This document shows positions 45,659-64,000 of a stretch of 64,000 bases of DNA, in pieces. Made by a program: the position numbers and the translations under genes. Positions within the stretch are counted from its first letter, which is position 1. Every line of letters starts with the position of its first letter. The notes beneath the pieces are model-generated. The model worked only from the letters and a program-made list of their open reading frames with translations. It did no database searches and was not told where the DNA came from. The stretch lies in assembly GCF_009914755.1 (NCBI RefSeq), contig NC_060941.1; one strand, written 5' to 3'. The DNA is from the human T2T-CHM13v2.0 reference genome, Homo sapiens.

Positions 45659-46092
45659 TAAAAAAATACAAATTTGGAAAAATCTTCAACAACAGTTATC
45701 TGTCTAGGAAAACCTTCCCAAGCCACAGACAGTACCACTCACCTGCCGTATTTAGCTCTTCCTCACAACCTCTCAGCCCAATGGTCATCAGAATGTTGTC
45801 CACCAATACTCACTTCACTATTCAGGAGTGTGAAGATGTGCAAAACTCAATAGGTATGTCTGTGCTAATGTGAGTTTATATATATAACTGGATTAATTCT
45901 AGAGATCATATGGTTCACGGCCGGCTGGGGTGGCTCACGGCTGTAATCCCAGCACTTTGGGAGGCCGATGGGGGCAGATCACTTGAGGTCAGGAGTTCGA
46001 GACCAGCCTGGCCAACATGGTGAAACCTGTCTCTACTAAAAATATAAAAATTAGCCGGCAGGGTGGCACACACATTTAATCCCAGCTATTCA

Positions 46093-46269
<177 letters not shown>

Positions 46270-46381
46270 TCACGAGATCAGGAGATTAAGACCATCCTGT
46301 CTAACACGGTGAAACGCTGTCTCTACTAAAAATACAAAAACATTAGCCAGGCATGGTAGTGGGCGCCTGTAGTCCCACCTA

Positions 46382-46489
<108 letters not shown>

Positions 46490-46794
46490 TCAAAAAAAAA
46501 AGAGATCATATGGTTCAGGACTCTCAATTTATAGAAGAGAACATTTAGATCCCAAGAAGTCAAGTAATTTTCTCAAGGTGATAGCTCATAAAAGGGCCTG
46601 TACTAGAACTCAATTGTACTGACTCCTAGTCCTAGTTTCCTGCTCTATTTCTATAATTCCTGCTCTAGAAATTATATTCCTTACTAGAAATCTCCACATC
46701 TTTTCATGAAAGTATATAAATCTCTGTGCCTGTGTCAGTGAGCATGCATGTAAATGTCTACGTGTCTATCTGCAAGTATTTGTAAAGCATATCA

Positions 46795-47097
46795 ATGGGC
46801 GTTTATGGCCTTCCTGCTCGAGAAACCTCTAGGTAATCTAGTTCTCTATGTCGGCACCGGCAGCGAAGTCAGAAGAAGTCTGAGTGAATTATTAATAAGC
46901 AGAATTAGCCCTTTCTCCAATTAGATCTATTCCTGGGTCTTCAGGAAATGGGGCAAAATAATCAGGGTGGAATCAGAGTCTCTCAGGGTCAAACTTGGTT
47001 CCAGCTGCGTGTGGTGAAAGCAACTAGAGGCAGAGCTATCAAGGGCTGTGACAGATGAGCAGTGGTCTGTCTGCAATGAGCATGTGCTCAAGCTAAC
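46795..47097 (+). promoter_or_regulatory. C17orf78: Putative C17orf78 proximal promoter / 5'UTR
   Basis: Repeat-free, CpG-poor region. CDX-like GTTTATGGCC 46801-46810, HNF1-like GTGAATTATTAAT 46884-46896, GATA-like CTATCA 47036-47041. Confidence 0.5.
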
Positions 47098-47155
47098 ATG
47101 GATACCATCTTGGTCTTCAGCCTAATCATTGCATCCTATGATGCCAACAAGAAAG
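47098..47155 (+). CDS. C17orf78: C17orf78 coding exon 1 (MDTILVFSLIIASYDANKK)
   Basis: aacATGG Kozak context; AAAG|GTATGT donor; the seven exons join into an 828-nt ORF. Confidence 0.92.
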
Positions 47156-48414
47156 GTATGTAATTCTCTAGCCTAATCTCCTGGAAAATACAGAGAGAGG
47201 CCTAGAAAGAGTTTCGGGGTCTCTTCCACCAGATAGAGATGTAGCTGATATCCAGCAAGCAATACTTTCCAGAGTTAATCCCATGTATCCACTCGCCTCT
47301 AAGAAGGACTGCAACTTATTCATTCCAGAGAGATAGCTGTCTGTTTCATGATGAGAGGTCTTCAGAGAATGTGATGCATTCTTATGTCTTGTTCATGTAA
47401 TTAACATTAAAAGTCCTTTCACTGTTGGATGGCTTTCTTTAGAGTTTCAGTATTGTCATCACCTAAGGTTCCCAAATTCATACTGTTCATAAGATGTTGC
47501 CTTTTTTAAGTTGGTACATGTAAATAGCTAGACGGTGATATTCTTGGGTGGGGAGAGCTGAGGGAAAGGGTGATATTGGGTGGAATGGCATCATTTGCTG
47601 CTCTTTGGTAACTGCTTATTTAAAATATGAGTTTTCAAAGTTTCATAAACATTTCATCTCTAAAATTAGCTAATCAAGGCTGGGCACGGTGGCTCATGAC
47701 TGTAATCCCAGCACTTTGGGAGGCCAAGATTGGTGGATCACCTGAGGTCAGGAGTTCGAGACCAGCCTGGCCAACATGGCGAAACCCCATCTCTACTAAA
47801 AGTGCAAAAATTAGCCAGGCATGGTGGCATGCACCTGTAATCTCAGCTACTCGGGTGGCTGAGGCATAAGAATCACTTAAACCTGGGAGGTGAGGTTGCA
47901 ATGAGCTGAGATCGTACCACTGAAATCCAGCCTAGGTAACAGAATGAGACTCTGTCTCAAAAAATAAAAAATTAAAATAAAAAAATAAAATTAGCTAATC
48001 AGAATTAAGACCAAATGGCACAAAGTGCAGCAGTAACGAATTTGACAAATTATAAAAATGTCACAACCCTTTGAATTATGTGCCAAAAAGCATAAATAAC
48101 TAAGACCTATGGTTCTGTGGAAACCTATAGAGATACCAAGGTCAGACAATATAAATCTCCAAAAGCTTTATTTAATACAAGAAAGAAGACAGAATAGGAG
48201 GGAGAAGAGAAAATAAGCAGTATTTAAGGAAATGGGTTGGTTAGACTTTCATTAACTTAGTAAATTTTCTTAACTCTATTTGACCTTTCTTTGTCCTAAG
48301 GGTAATAGATTGGTACACAGTATTCTTTATACTAGGTCAACTACTACTTTGTATGTATTTGGCTGGGTGTTCTTTTTTGAGGGCCGGGCGTGGTGGCTCA
48401 CACCTGTCATCCTA

Positions 48415-48804
<390 letters not shown>

Positions 48805-48825
48805 CTAAAAAGTAAGTACCAGTAA

Positions 48826-48996
<171 letters not shown>

Positions 48997-49386
48997 TGAT
49001 ATTGCCATTCCAAAAAATTTTTACCTTTAAAAGATATCTCATCTTCCCACTTCCTAGCCCATATCTCAAATATCCTATTTTAAGGATATGTATCCTCCCA
49101 GGGGGCTTTCTGGAAACCAATCTTTAAATTAACTGTCATTACCTAAGGCATGCTTATATTACTCAAATGGATGGAGATGAAAAAAGAGAAGGAGGCAGAA
49201 CCTACCCCTCTCTGCATTAAAGAAAAATCTATGAGCATTTCTCTGTGCTAAATTTACTGCTGTCACCAACCTTCATGGGAACCATGGCAGAAGAAAGGCA
49301 GGACTTGTCTATTAGTACTATGAACACAAACTGAAGAAGTTAACTAAAAGGAGAGAAAGTACAGCAGTGGAGTTTAGCAGGGGTCA

Positions 49387-49731
<345 letters not shown>

Positions 49732-49783
49732 TCAGAGATCGTGCCATTGCACTCTAGCCTGGACCACAAGAGCAAACGCTTCA

Positions 49784-49900
<117 letters not shown>

Positions 49901-50029
49901 TTAAAAAATTAAAAAATTAGCCGAGCAAAGTGGCATACACCTGTAGTCCCATAGTCACAGCTACTCAGGAGGCTGAGGTGGGAGGATTGCTTGGAGATCG
50001 AGGGAGTTTGAGGCTGGAGTGAGCCATGA

Positions 50030-50419
<390 letters not shown>

Positions 50420-50428
50420 TAACTTTTA

Positions 50429-51446
<1,018 letters not shown>

Positions 51447-52116
51447 AAGAAAATGAATTATCCTCCCCTTGGGCAAATCTACGTGCTCTCTGAGAGTCAG
51501 TTTTATAATCTCTAAGATCCCTTCTAGCCCTGATACTCTGTGATTTTCATGTGATCTCCATTTCTGATGGATCTTCTTTCAACAGTTTTTTAAAATTTCT
51601 TTTTTTTTGTTTTTGTTTTTGAGATGGTGTCTCGTTCTGTCACCCAGGTTGGAGTCCAGTGGTGCGATCTTGGCCCACTGCAACCTCTGCCTCCCAGGTT
51701 AAAGTGATTCTCCTGCCTCAGCCTCCCAAGTAGCTAGGATTACAGGTGTCTGCCACCATGGCTGGCTAATTTTTGTATTTTTAGTAGAGACAGGATTTCA
51801 CCATGTTGGCCAGGCAGGTTCTGATCTCTGACCTCAAGTATCTGCCCGCCTTGGCCTCCCAAACTGCTGGGATTACAGGCGTGAGCCACCGTGCCTGGCC
51901 AGGTTTTTTTTTTTTTTAATTTCATTTTGCATGCACACAGTAAAATATTCAAACAGTATAGATTTATAGTGAAAAGTAAGTCTCTCTCCTACTCCTGTCT
52001 CTCAATTCTCCAGTTCTCTATCCCTGATGGAACCACTATTATCAACTTATTATATTTCCTTCCGGAGATACTCTAAGAATGTATGAATGTGCATATTTTA
52101 AAAACATAAATGGTAA

Positions 52117-52353
<237 letters not shown>

Positions 52354-52420
52354 TGAATTTCTGTATTTTTAGTAGAGACAAGGTTTCACCATGTTGGCCA
52401 GGCTAGTGTTGAACTCCTGA

Positions 52421-52852
<432 letters not shown>

Positions 52853-53758
52853 TGATCGCCTGACCTTGTGATCTGCCCGCCTTGGCCTCCCAAAGTGCTG
52901 GGATTACAGGCGTGAGCCACTGCACCCGGCCATGTCTCTTCTATATTCTACTAGCCCCCTATTGATATATATTTTGGTCGTTTCCAATCTTTTGCAAATA
53001 CAAACAATTCCGAAAACAATGACCGTATATATTCTTCTTTTTTCTCTTTTTTCTTTTAATAAATTCTTTTCCCCTCTTTCACTATTACTCAGTATCTATA
53101 TATATTCTTCTTGTATACCTGCAATTTATCAATAAGATTTATCAATTTATCAATAAGATTCCAAGAAGCAGGATTGTTGCATCAAAGGCTGATAGTTACT
53201 GCTAAATTACCCTCACTAGAGGTTGGTTCCATTGTGCATATCCACACTGGGGGAGAATGCCTATTCCCCCACAGCTGCTGGACAGTGGTTCTTAACCTCA
53301 GCCTGAAGTTTCTCTCCTTCTGCCCTCCTTTCCTTTTCTCACCCTTTCTTTTTTTCATATAGTTTTTTTTTTTCTTTAGTGTAGCCGGTTCCTCTTTATA
53401 AACTGGCAGTCCCCTAGATGCTATTGCTACATTACTGGAAAAATAAAATAAAACTTGACATTTTTAGAGAAATTGGGGATCCACAAGCAGAATAATGGAA
53501 AAAACTTTAAACTCTAGACTAAAACTGGGAAATAAGTGGATAGGCTCTCAGGATGTTACAGAAAAACTCTTAAAAACTCAAAAGCGTCAGGTGCGGTGGC
53601 TCACGCCTGTAATCCCAGCACTTTGGAAGGCCGAGGCAGGCGGATCATGAGGTCAAGAGATCAGGACCATCCTGGCCAACATGGTAAAACCTCGTCTCTA
53701 CTAAAAATACAAAAATTAGCTGGGCATGGTGGCGTGTGCCTGTAGTCCTAGCTACTCA

Positions 53759-54091
<333 letters not shown>

Positions 54092-55699
54092 TTAATGCAA
54101 ATTAATTAAATCCAATTGTTTCCCTCTTAACATGTGACACCTTGCTGTCCATGGCAGCTGTGTTGGGGAAAAGTGGACTTAAGTCATTTTGGAGTTTGGA
54201 GCACTCTGGGTGGAGTGAATATAGTGCTAGGCATTGTGAGACTTGGGGCAATTAAGGACATTAGCTCTTAGAAATTGGGACAAGGAAAACTGAGGGGTTA
54301 AAGGGGAGGAGAGATGCCAAAGATCAACCTGACCTAATTCAAAAATTTGCACTTGGTTAGCCTCCCAGAGAAAAAGAAACTCTTCCTCTTTCCTTCATAA
54401 CATAGTAGTTGGTTCCCACATCTAGAATTTAAGCTAATACTCTGTACTATTTGAGCTATGCAAAAAGATTAAATGGATATTTGTAGATTAGTTTGGGGAC
54501 CTAATCATCACTCATGATACATTTTTATGAAACCATAATGATGAATCCCAAAAAACCTATTTATTTATTTGAGACAGAGTCTCGCTTTGTCCCCCAGGAT
54601 GGGGTACAGTGGTGCAACCTCAGCTCACTGCAACCTCCGCCTCCCAGGTTCAAGCAATTCTCGTGCTTCAGCCTCTCGAGTAGCTGGGATTACAGCACCA
54701 CCATGCCCAGCTAATTTTTTGTATTTTTAGTAGAGATAGGGTTTTGCCATTTTGGCCAGGCTGGTCTCAAGCTCCTGTCCTCAAGTGAGATCACTTGAGC
54801 CCAACTCAGCCTCCCAAAGTGCTGCGATTATAGGCGTGAGCCACCTCACTTGGTCCAAAACAACCAATTTATGTATGAACTTTTGAAACATAATCCCTTC
54901 TACAAGTTTGAAACTTCCTATTCTGAATTTAAATCTCCACTCAATACCAGAAGTGATAAACCTCAAACAGGGTAGAAATAAAAATTAGAGCCGGGCGCGG
55001 TGTCTCATGCCTGTAATCCCAGCACTTTGGGAGCCCGAGGCGGGCAGAACATGAGGTCAGGAATTCGAGACCAGCCTGGCCAACATAGTGAAACCCCGTC
55101 TCTACTAAAAATACAAAAATTAGCCGGGTGTAGTGGTGTGCGCCTGTTGTCCCAGACAGTCTGCATAGGAGGATGTCCTGGAAATGGTCAGAAGACAGTT
55201 CATGAAAATGTCCTCAAGTAAAATAGAAATTTGGAACTGTAAGGGTGAGAATGTTCTGCAATACAAATGCTCATCAGAAGATGTGGGTCAACATGGAATG
55301 TAGAAAAAGGTAAATGGAGACTATTTGTTATTATTTAAGAAATTTGGAAAAGGAAAAGACGGCTGTTATCAATATTTCAAAATTTCCTTCTGGTGGAGAC
55401 AGATGACTCATTAGGTCATCTTTTTCCCCCTCTTTCAATCATAATATCATTCAGTTTGCAAAGTGTTTACACACATGCTTTCTCATTTTTATTTGTTTCT
55501 GATCTTCACAACACCCCTGTGAAATAGGTAGAGCAAGTATTATTTTACTATTACCATCTTACAGATTAAAAAAAAAAACACAGATAACTTGTGGTGACTT
55601 GTCCAAAGTGAGATTTGTTTATTTTTATCTAATGTGACTTATAAACATGTAAGTTATCACTTCGAAGAACTGACTAGCACTATGATGAAAATGTTCTTG

Positions 55700-56190
55700 T
55701 TTTTTCTTTTGAACTTGTTGACTTTATGTCTGTCTCTGCCAATGTCTGCCAACACTGTCTTCCTGATTAAACTGGAATCGGGGATCACCTCTTCCCCTAT
55801 GATTTCATGTACAGTGCCTGGTACTATGGCCACTGGCCTCTGAGGTAAAGAACTATCATTTTCTCATGGACTTAAGACATGGAAGAGTAATTTAGAAAAG
55901 TCAAGTAGAATTTATAGACCTTAATTTAATAAGCAATGATATGAGACCACTAAAAATAGAACAGAAACCACACTGTCTGAATTGGATTAGGTCAATTCTG
56001 GAGACGAGTGAGGTTATTTCCAGACTCCAGCTAGACTCTATCCATCTCCCATCACTTCCACTGCTGGTGTGAATCACATCATCTCTCATCTGGACTTTTG
56101 CAATGGCCTCCTAACAGGTTACCCTCCTTCTACCCTTGCCCACCCCAACCCATTCCCCACACAGTAGCCCAGAGATCCTTTGAAAGCAAG
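55700..56190. mobile_element. L2 fragments
   Basis: CATCATCTCTCATCTGGAC...TGCAATGGCCTCCTAACAGG...CCACACAGTAGCCCAGAGATCCTTT resembles the L2 3' region. Confidence 0.55.
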
Positions 56191-56832
56191 GCCAGGCTGG
56201 GCACAGTGGCTCATGTCTGTAACCCCAGCACTTTGGGAGGCCGAGGTGGGCAGATCACTTGAGGTCAGGAGTTTAAGACCAGCCTGGCCAGCATGGTGAA
56301 ACCCCATCTCTACCAAAAAATATAAAAATTAGCCGGGTGCGATGGCATGCACCTGTAGTCTCAGCTACTTGGGAGGCTGAGGCATGAGAATCATTTTAAC
56401 CTGGGAGGCAGAGGTTGCAGTGAGCTGAGATCACACCATTGCACTCCAGCCTGGGTGACAGAGGGGGACCCTGTCTTAAAAAAAAAAAAATTGCTGAATG
56501 AATGAAATCAAGGAGTACATGAAGCTGGGTGGCTTTTCCTTCTTCCAGCTCCTCCTGCTTTCCCCAGTCCCCTCTCAGAGTAGTTGATCTAGATTCTACT
56601 AGACACACTTGCAGCAGTCATTAAGGCTAACTGTGATATTTCATGTTCTTCCTTGGACTTTGGAGCCATCTCTTTTTAAAGAAGGAAACTGTCAACAGTT
56701 TTTATGGCCTTCATCTTTATTATTATTATGGCCTAAATAATGATAGGCAATGATATCATTGGCATGACTCCTTCACTTTGATCCTATGTTAGTTAAAAGT
56801 CCCATGGGCATTTAATCCATATCTCTTATTAG

Positions 56833-57204
<372 letters not shown>

Positions 57205-57292
57205 TAGCCCCAGCGTTAGTCTGGATCTACTGATATTTTTCTTGAGGTTGAGAAGTTACTGAATGTACATTGAAAAATCATTCAATTTTTTA

Positions 57293-57662
<370 letters not shown>

Positions 57663-59013
57663 TCATTTATCTCCACGCAAATGAGCTCACCCTGTCGCCA
57701 GAATTAGGGACAGAAAAAACTGTATTTCTGTAGTAGGTAATTCTAACCACTGTATGTATAGATGGACAATATTTAAACACTAAGCAATTATAAGAGTGAT
57801 GACACCAACCAAGTGCTTTTCTTTTTCTTTTTTTTTTTTTGAGACAGGGTCTTGTGTTGCCCAGACTGGAGTGCAGTAGTGCAAACATGGCTCACTGCAG
57901 CCTTGACCTCTGGGGCTCAAGTGATCCCCCCACCTCAGCCTCCTGAGTAGCTGGGACTACAGGTGTGTGCCACCATGTTCAGCTAATTTTTAAATTTTTG
58001 TAGAGACAGGGTCTCACCACATTGTCCAAGCTGGTCTCAGACTCCTGGGCTCAAGCGATCCTACCGCCTCAGCCTCCCAAACTGCTGGGATTACAGGCAT
58101 TGCCCACCACGCCCGTCCCCAAGAGCATATATTTGTTTTGATATGGAGTCTCACTCTGTCACCCAGGCCGGAGTGCAGCGATGTGATCTCAGCTCACCAC
58201 AACCTCCCCCTCCTGGGTTCAAGCAATTCTCCTGCCTCAGCCTCCTGAGTAGCTGAGATTACAGGCATGCACCACCACGCCCGGCTAATTTTTGTATTTT
58301 TAGCAGAGACAGGGTTTCACTATGTTTGCCAGGCTGGTCTCGAACTCCTGACTTTGTGATCCGCCTGCCTCAGCCTCCCAAAGTGATGGGATTACAGGTG
58401 TGAGCCACTGCGCTGGGCCTCCAACAGCATACTTTCATCTTCACTGTTTTTTTGTTTTTGTTCTTTAAGATGGAGTGTCACTCTGTCCCCCAGGCTGGAG
58501 TGCAGTAGCGTAGTCTCAGCTTACTGCAACCTCTGCCTCCCGGATCCAAGAAATTCTCCTGCCTCAGCCTCCTGAGTAGCTGGGACAACAGGCATGCACC
58601 ACCATGCCTGGCTAATTTTTGTATTTTTAGTAGAGACGGGTTTCACCATGTTGGCCAGGCTGGTCTCAAACTCCTGACCTCAAGTGATCTACCCACCTCA
58701 GCCTCCCAAAGTGCTGGGATTACAGGCATGAGCCACCGCACACAGCCTTCTTCACTGTTTTTTTAGCAACAGTCCTCCTTAAATTGGCCAGGACTAAAAT
58801 TCTGTAAGATTCCAATTTGGGTTACATCCTAGTTTCTACCAGGGGAAAAATGTGATATTAGTAATAATGAGATGCACATTAGGGCCAGGTGAGTTGGCTC
58901 ACACCTGTAATATTCCAGCACTTTGGGAGGCCAAGACTGTAGGATCACTTGAGGCCAGGAGTTCAAGCTCAGCGGGAAATATAATGAGACTCTGTCTGTA
59001 TAAAAAAATTTTA

Positions 59014-59244
<231 letters not shown>

Positions 59245-59577
59245 CTATGAAAGCCAGGAGAAACATAGGAAAGGCGACTTTCTAATCCCATAAAATGTGT
59301 CAGAGCAAAATGGTAGGAACCCTGATAAAGCTGACAGTAAAAGAAGTTTAGAGCTCCATGTGTACCCGAGATTTTTCTTCCTGCGAGCAGTGTAAGAATC
59401 AGCCCTATGTGATTATGGAAAATCCCCAATTCCAGGGAAGGTGACTCAGTGGGAAGAGAGTGCAAAAGAAGTTAGAGCAGAGCCCATGATGCTCAGCTCA
59501 CCCTCACACCCCCTCCAGCCCTGAGTTTGAATTGGAAATTCTGCCTCTGCCTCTGGGTTAGTCTGGGCCTCTAATAG

Positions 59578-59814
<237 letters not shown>

Positions 59815-60148
59815 TGAATCCTTGAACTTGACCCATAAAGACTTTCTTCTGTTCCAGAGGCAGCTTGGCATAAGGAGAAAAGCATAGACTTTGGAATTTG
59901 AGGAGATGTGCCACTCACACTCACTAGCTGAGTGGTGTTGGGAAAGTTGCTTGACTGTTCTAACCTCAGTGGCCTCATGTGTAAAATAAGTCTCATGATA
60001 TTTGCCTCTCATGGTAGTTATAAAGATTGAGATTCTGTGTGAAAGGCACCTGGCACACAGGTGCTCACTAAATGCAGTTCCTTTCCTCTGCTGTACTTAG
60101 ACATTTTCTAGGAAGGATAGGTCCAATAGGACTGAATATTTTATTTAG

Positions 60149-60412
<264 letters not shown>

Positions 60413-60435
60413 TAGGGGCCGGGCGTGGTGGCTCA

Positions 60436-60816
<381 letters not shown>

Positions 60817-61141
60817 TTATGAAGCAAATGTGGGCAATCCTTCTTATGTCAGGAAATAGGTAGGATTTTATCCTACTGTTTTCCTAACATCAGTCCAGAC
60901 ATGATACAATAGGGTGCTTATTGAATACACATACCTCTGGGCCCCATATAAACTGAATCAGATCATTTAGATTGGAGTCAAGAATCTTACTTTTAAGATT
61001 TTTAAGGCCAGGCCTGATTCATCATGCCTGCAATCCCAGTGCTTTGGGAGGCAGAGGCAGAGGCAGGAGACTTGCTAGAGTCCAGGAGTTTGAGACCAGC
61101 CTAGGCAACATAGCGAGACACTGTCTCTATTAAAAAAAAAA

Positions 61142-61142
<1 letters not shown>

Positions 61143-61196
<54 letters not shown>

Positions 61197-61303
61197 TTAT
61201 ATATAAATATATATAATTATATATTTATTATATATAATTATATATAATATATTATATATATATAATTATATATAATATATTATATATAATTATATATTAT
61301 ACA

Positions 61304-61334
<31 letters not shown>

Positions 61335-61355
61335 CTATATATCTATATATCTATA
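61143..61355. repeat. (TA)n/(CA)n plus AT-rich minisatellite
   Basis: Directly visible. Confidence 0.95.
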
Positions 61356-61457
61356 AAAGGCCAGCTGGGCCGGGCACGGTGGCTCACGCCTGTAATCCTA
61401 GCACGTTGGGAGGCCAAGGCAGGTGGATCACGAGGTCAAGAGATTGAGACCATCCTA

Positions 61458-61736
<279 letters not shown>

Positions 61737-62096
61737 TCAGGAATTGAAGTCTGCAATGAGCTATGATCGAGCCACTGCACTCCAGCCTGGGAAAAAGGGT
61801 GAGACCCTGTGTCCAAAAAAAAAAAAAAATTATCATTTCTCCTGAACATTGGAAGAAATAGGCCTGAAGGGACTACAAAGTCTAGTCCAGAATAGAATTA
61901 GAGATAACCAGGTAGCTGCAACTGTGATTGAACTTCTATGAACACAATAAGCTACTAAATGATAAAGGAATAAAAATAGGGCCAGGCGTGGTGGCTCATG
62001 CCTGTAATCCCAGCACTTTGGGAGGCCGAGGTGGATGGATCATGAGGTCAGGAGTTTGAGACCAGCCTGACCAACAAGGTGAAACTGTCTCAACTA

Positions 62097-62300
<204 letters not shown>

Positions 62301-62667
62301 TCATTTGAGCCTTACAGAAATCCTGGAAAGTAGCCAGGGCAAGTATCTACATTTTACTCATACTTAAGTTGAGGCTTGAAGAGGTTATGTGACTTCCCAA
62401 GGTTACACAGCTGTTAGAAACAGAACTATGATCCAGATCTTTTAATTACTTTGCTAGTGGGTTATAGGTTCCAAGCAATTATTGGTTCTCATACCTATGT
62501 GCACCTTGATCATACTTTCTCAGTGTAATTATCGATTAACAAAGAGGCAAAATGAAGTGCACTTGGAATTACATGGGGTTTTGTACTTAGCCAGCCCTTT
62601 TCTTGGTACATGAAGAACTATACACTTGCATCCTTTTTTAACTTTCATATTTCCTTTCAATCTCTAG

Positions 62668-62745
62668 GTTGGACAAGATGCTGCCAATTCATCAAACCCA
62701 AAGAAAGCTGCAGAGATCACTGTTATCCACCAGACATACTTCTGA
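62668..62745 (+). CDS. C17orf78: C17orf78 last coding exon (VGQDAANSS...HQTYF*)
   Basis: ttcaatctctag acceptor, phase 0; TGA at 62743-62745; total 275 aa. Confidence 0.92.
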   Translation, partial: VGQDAANSSNPKKAAEITVIHQTYF

Positions 62746-63832
62746 AAAGTTCTGCTCTATCTCAAAGACTGAATGATACTACACAGTCCTCTCCCTATTA
62801 ATATGGGCACATTCTTGCCAATTTCACACTTGTATCTTCAGCAGGGACATTACAATCAAACACCAATTCCTGGTTAATGAAGGGAGAGTGTGGGCTTAGC
62901 AGAGTTACCCTCATGCCCCTATCTGAGCCACAACCTTCTGTAATTCACTTCATACATCCATCTAAATGGATACCTTTCCATCCCCTCAAACGAGAACAAA
63001 AAGTATTCCCTGCAAGCACTATGAATGGACCTTACTACTCTCTTTGACAGAAGACTCAAACACAGCCTCTAAGAAACAAGGCAGCTGTTAGTGTGACATA
63101 GCTTCCAGCTCCTCTGTTATCTTCACAGCTGACTTCACACTCACTGGCCCTCAATAGCTTAGAGTGGGACTCCTGATCTCCCTGGTTGACGTTTATAAGG
63201 TTTTGTAATTTAGCTTCTGGTACTACATGTATCTATCCACACACTGCTGAAGGGAACTTGACCCTACGCATTCCAAAAGCCTTCCTCATAAGTTATCCCC
63301 AAGGGGTTCAGGGACTACAGACCATTAGTACCCAAGTGAAGTCTTCTGACGATCCAGAATTCCTAAGGTGGCTCTGATATTATATCATACTTTAATAGAG
63401 AGTTGCATACCTTTTGGACAAAGATTCCAGAGCAAAATAATTATGATAATGCTGTTTCTCACAGGAGAATAGCTATGAGTCAAATCTAACCTGCTTAAAT
63501 AAGAGTTTGGTGAGAAAGTGAAACCACCTGATCTTGAATCAATGTTGAGGTGAAAAAGGAAATGTCAGGAGGGATAAGACAGGGTGAGGCCCTGCTTCTT
63601 TTCCTAAGAGTCTGAAACCATTCCATTTCATTTTGGTGAAATGTGTCTGTTTCTAAGAAATTCTGTTTTCTTAGTTCTCTGGTTAAAAAAAAAAATACAT
63701 AAACTGTATCCTTCTTTCTTTCACTTCAAGTGCTGTCCAAAAAGTGATTATCAAAACAATACCAACAGGGGAAAATCTCACCCTAAGGCTCGATTTAATA
63801 TTCAAGTCCAGCCTGAAAGAGAACACATATAA

Positions 63833-64000
<168 letters not shown>

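Overview
Human/primate genomic DNA, very Alu-rich, recognisable as the 5' region of ACACA (acetyl-CoA carboxylase 1; 17q12 by recall) on the minus strand. It holds the canonical ATG exon (1181-1433), a 47-nt upstream exon, a candidate 61-nt exon and a CpG-island promoter with its first exon (~29.6-30.7 kb). A complete 7-exon gene, C17orf78 (275 aa, single-pass membrane protein), lies on the plus strand at 47.1-62.7 kb. Mobile DNA includes a 5'-truncated L1-mediated HERV-W retrocopy with poly(A) and target-site duplication (TSD), a 5'-inverted L1PA2-like element, THE1A, MLT1, MER5, MIR/L2, old L1 fragments and many Alus. Most short ORFs in the track are Alu artefacts. Best leads: (1) the 61-nt ACACA exon would add a 44-aa basic, acid-free N-terminal extension plus an overlapping uORF; (2) C17orf78 intron 6 starts GA rather than GT, with an in-frame GT donor 42 nt downstream; (3) an L1 poly(A) site could give a soluble C17orf78 form. 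Gene and repeat-subfamily names come from recall, not database searches.
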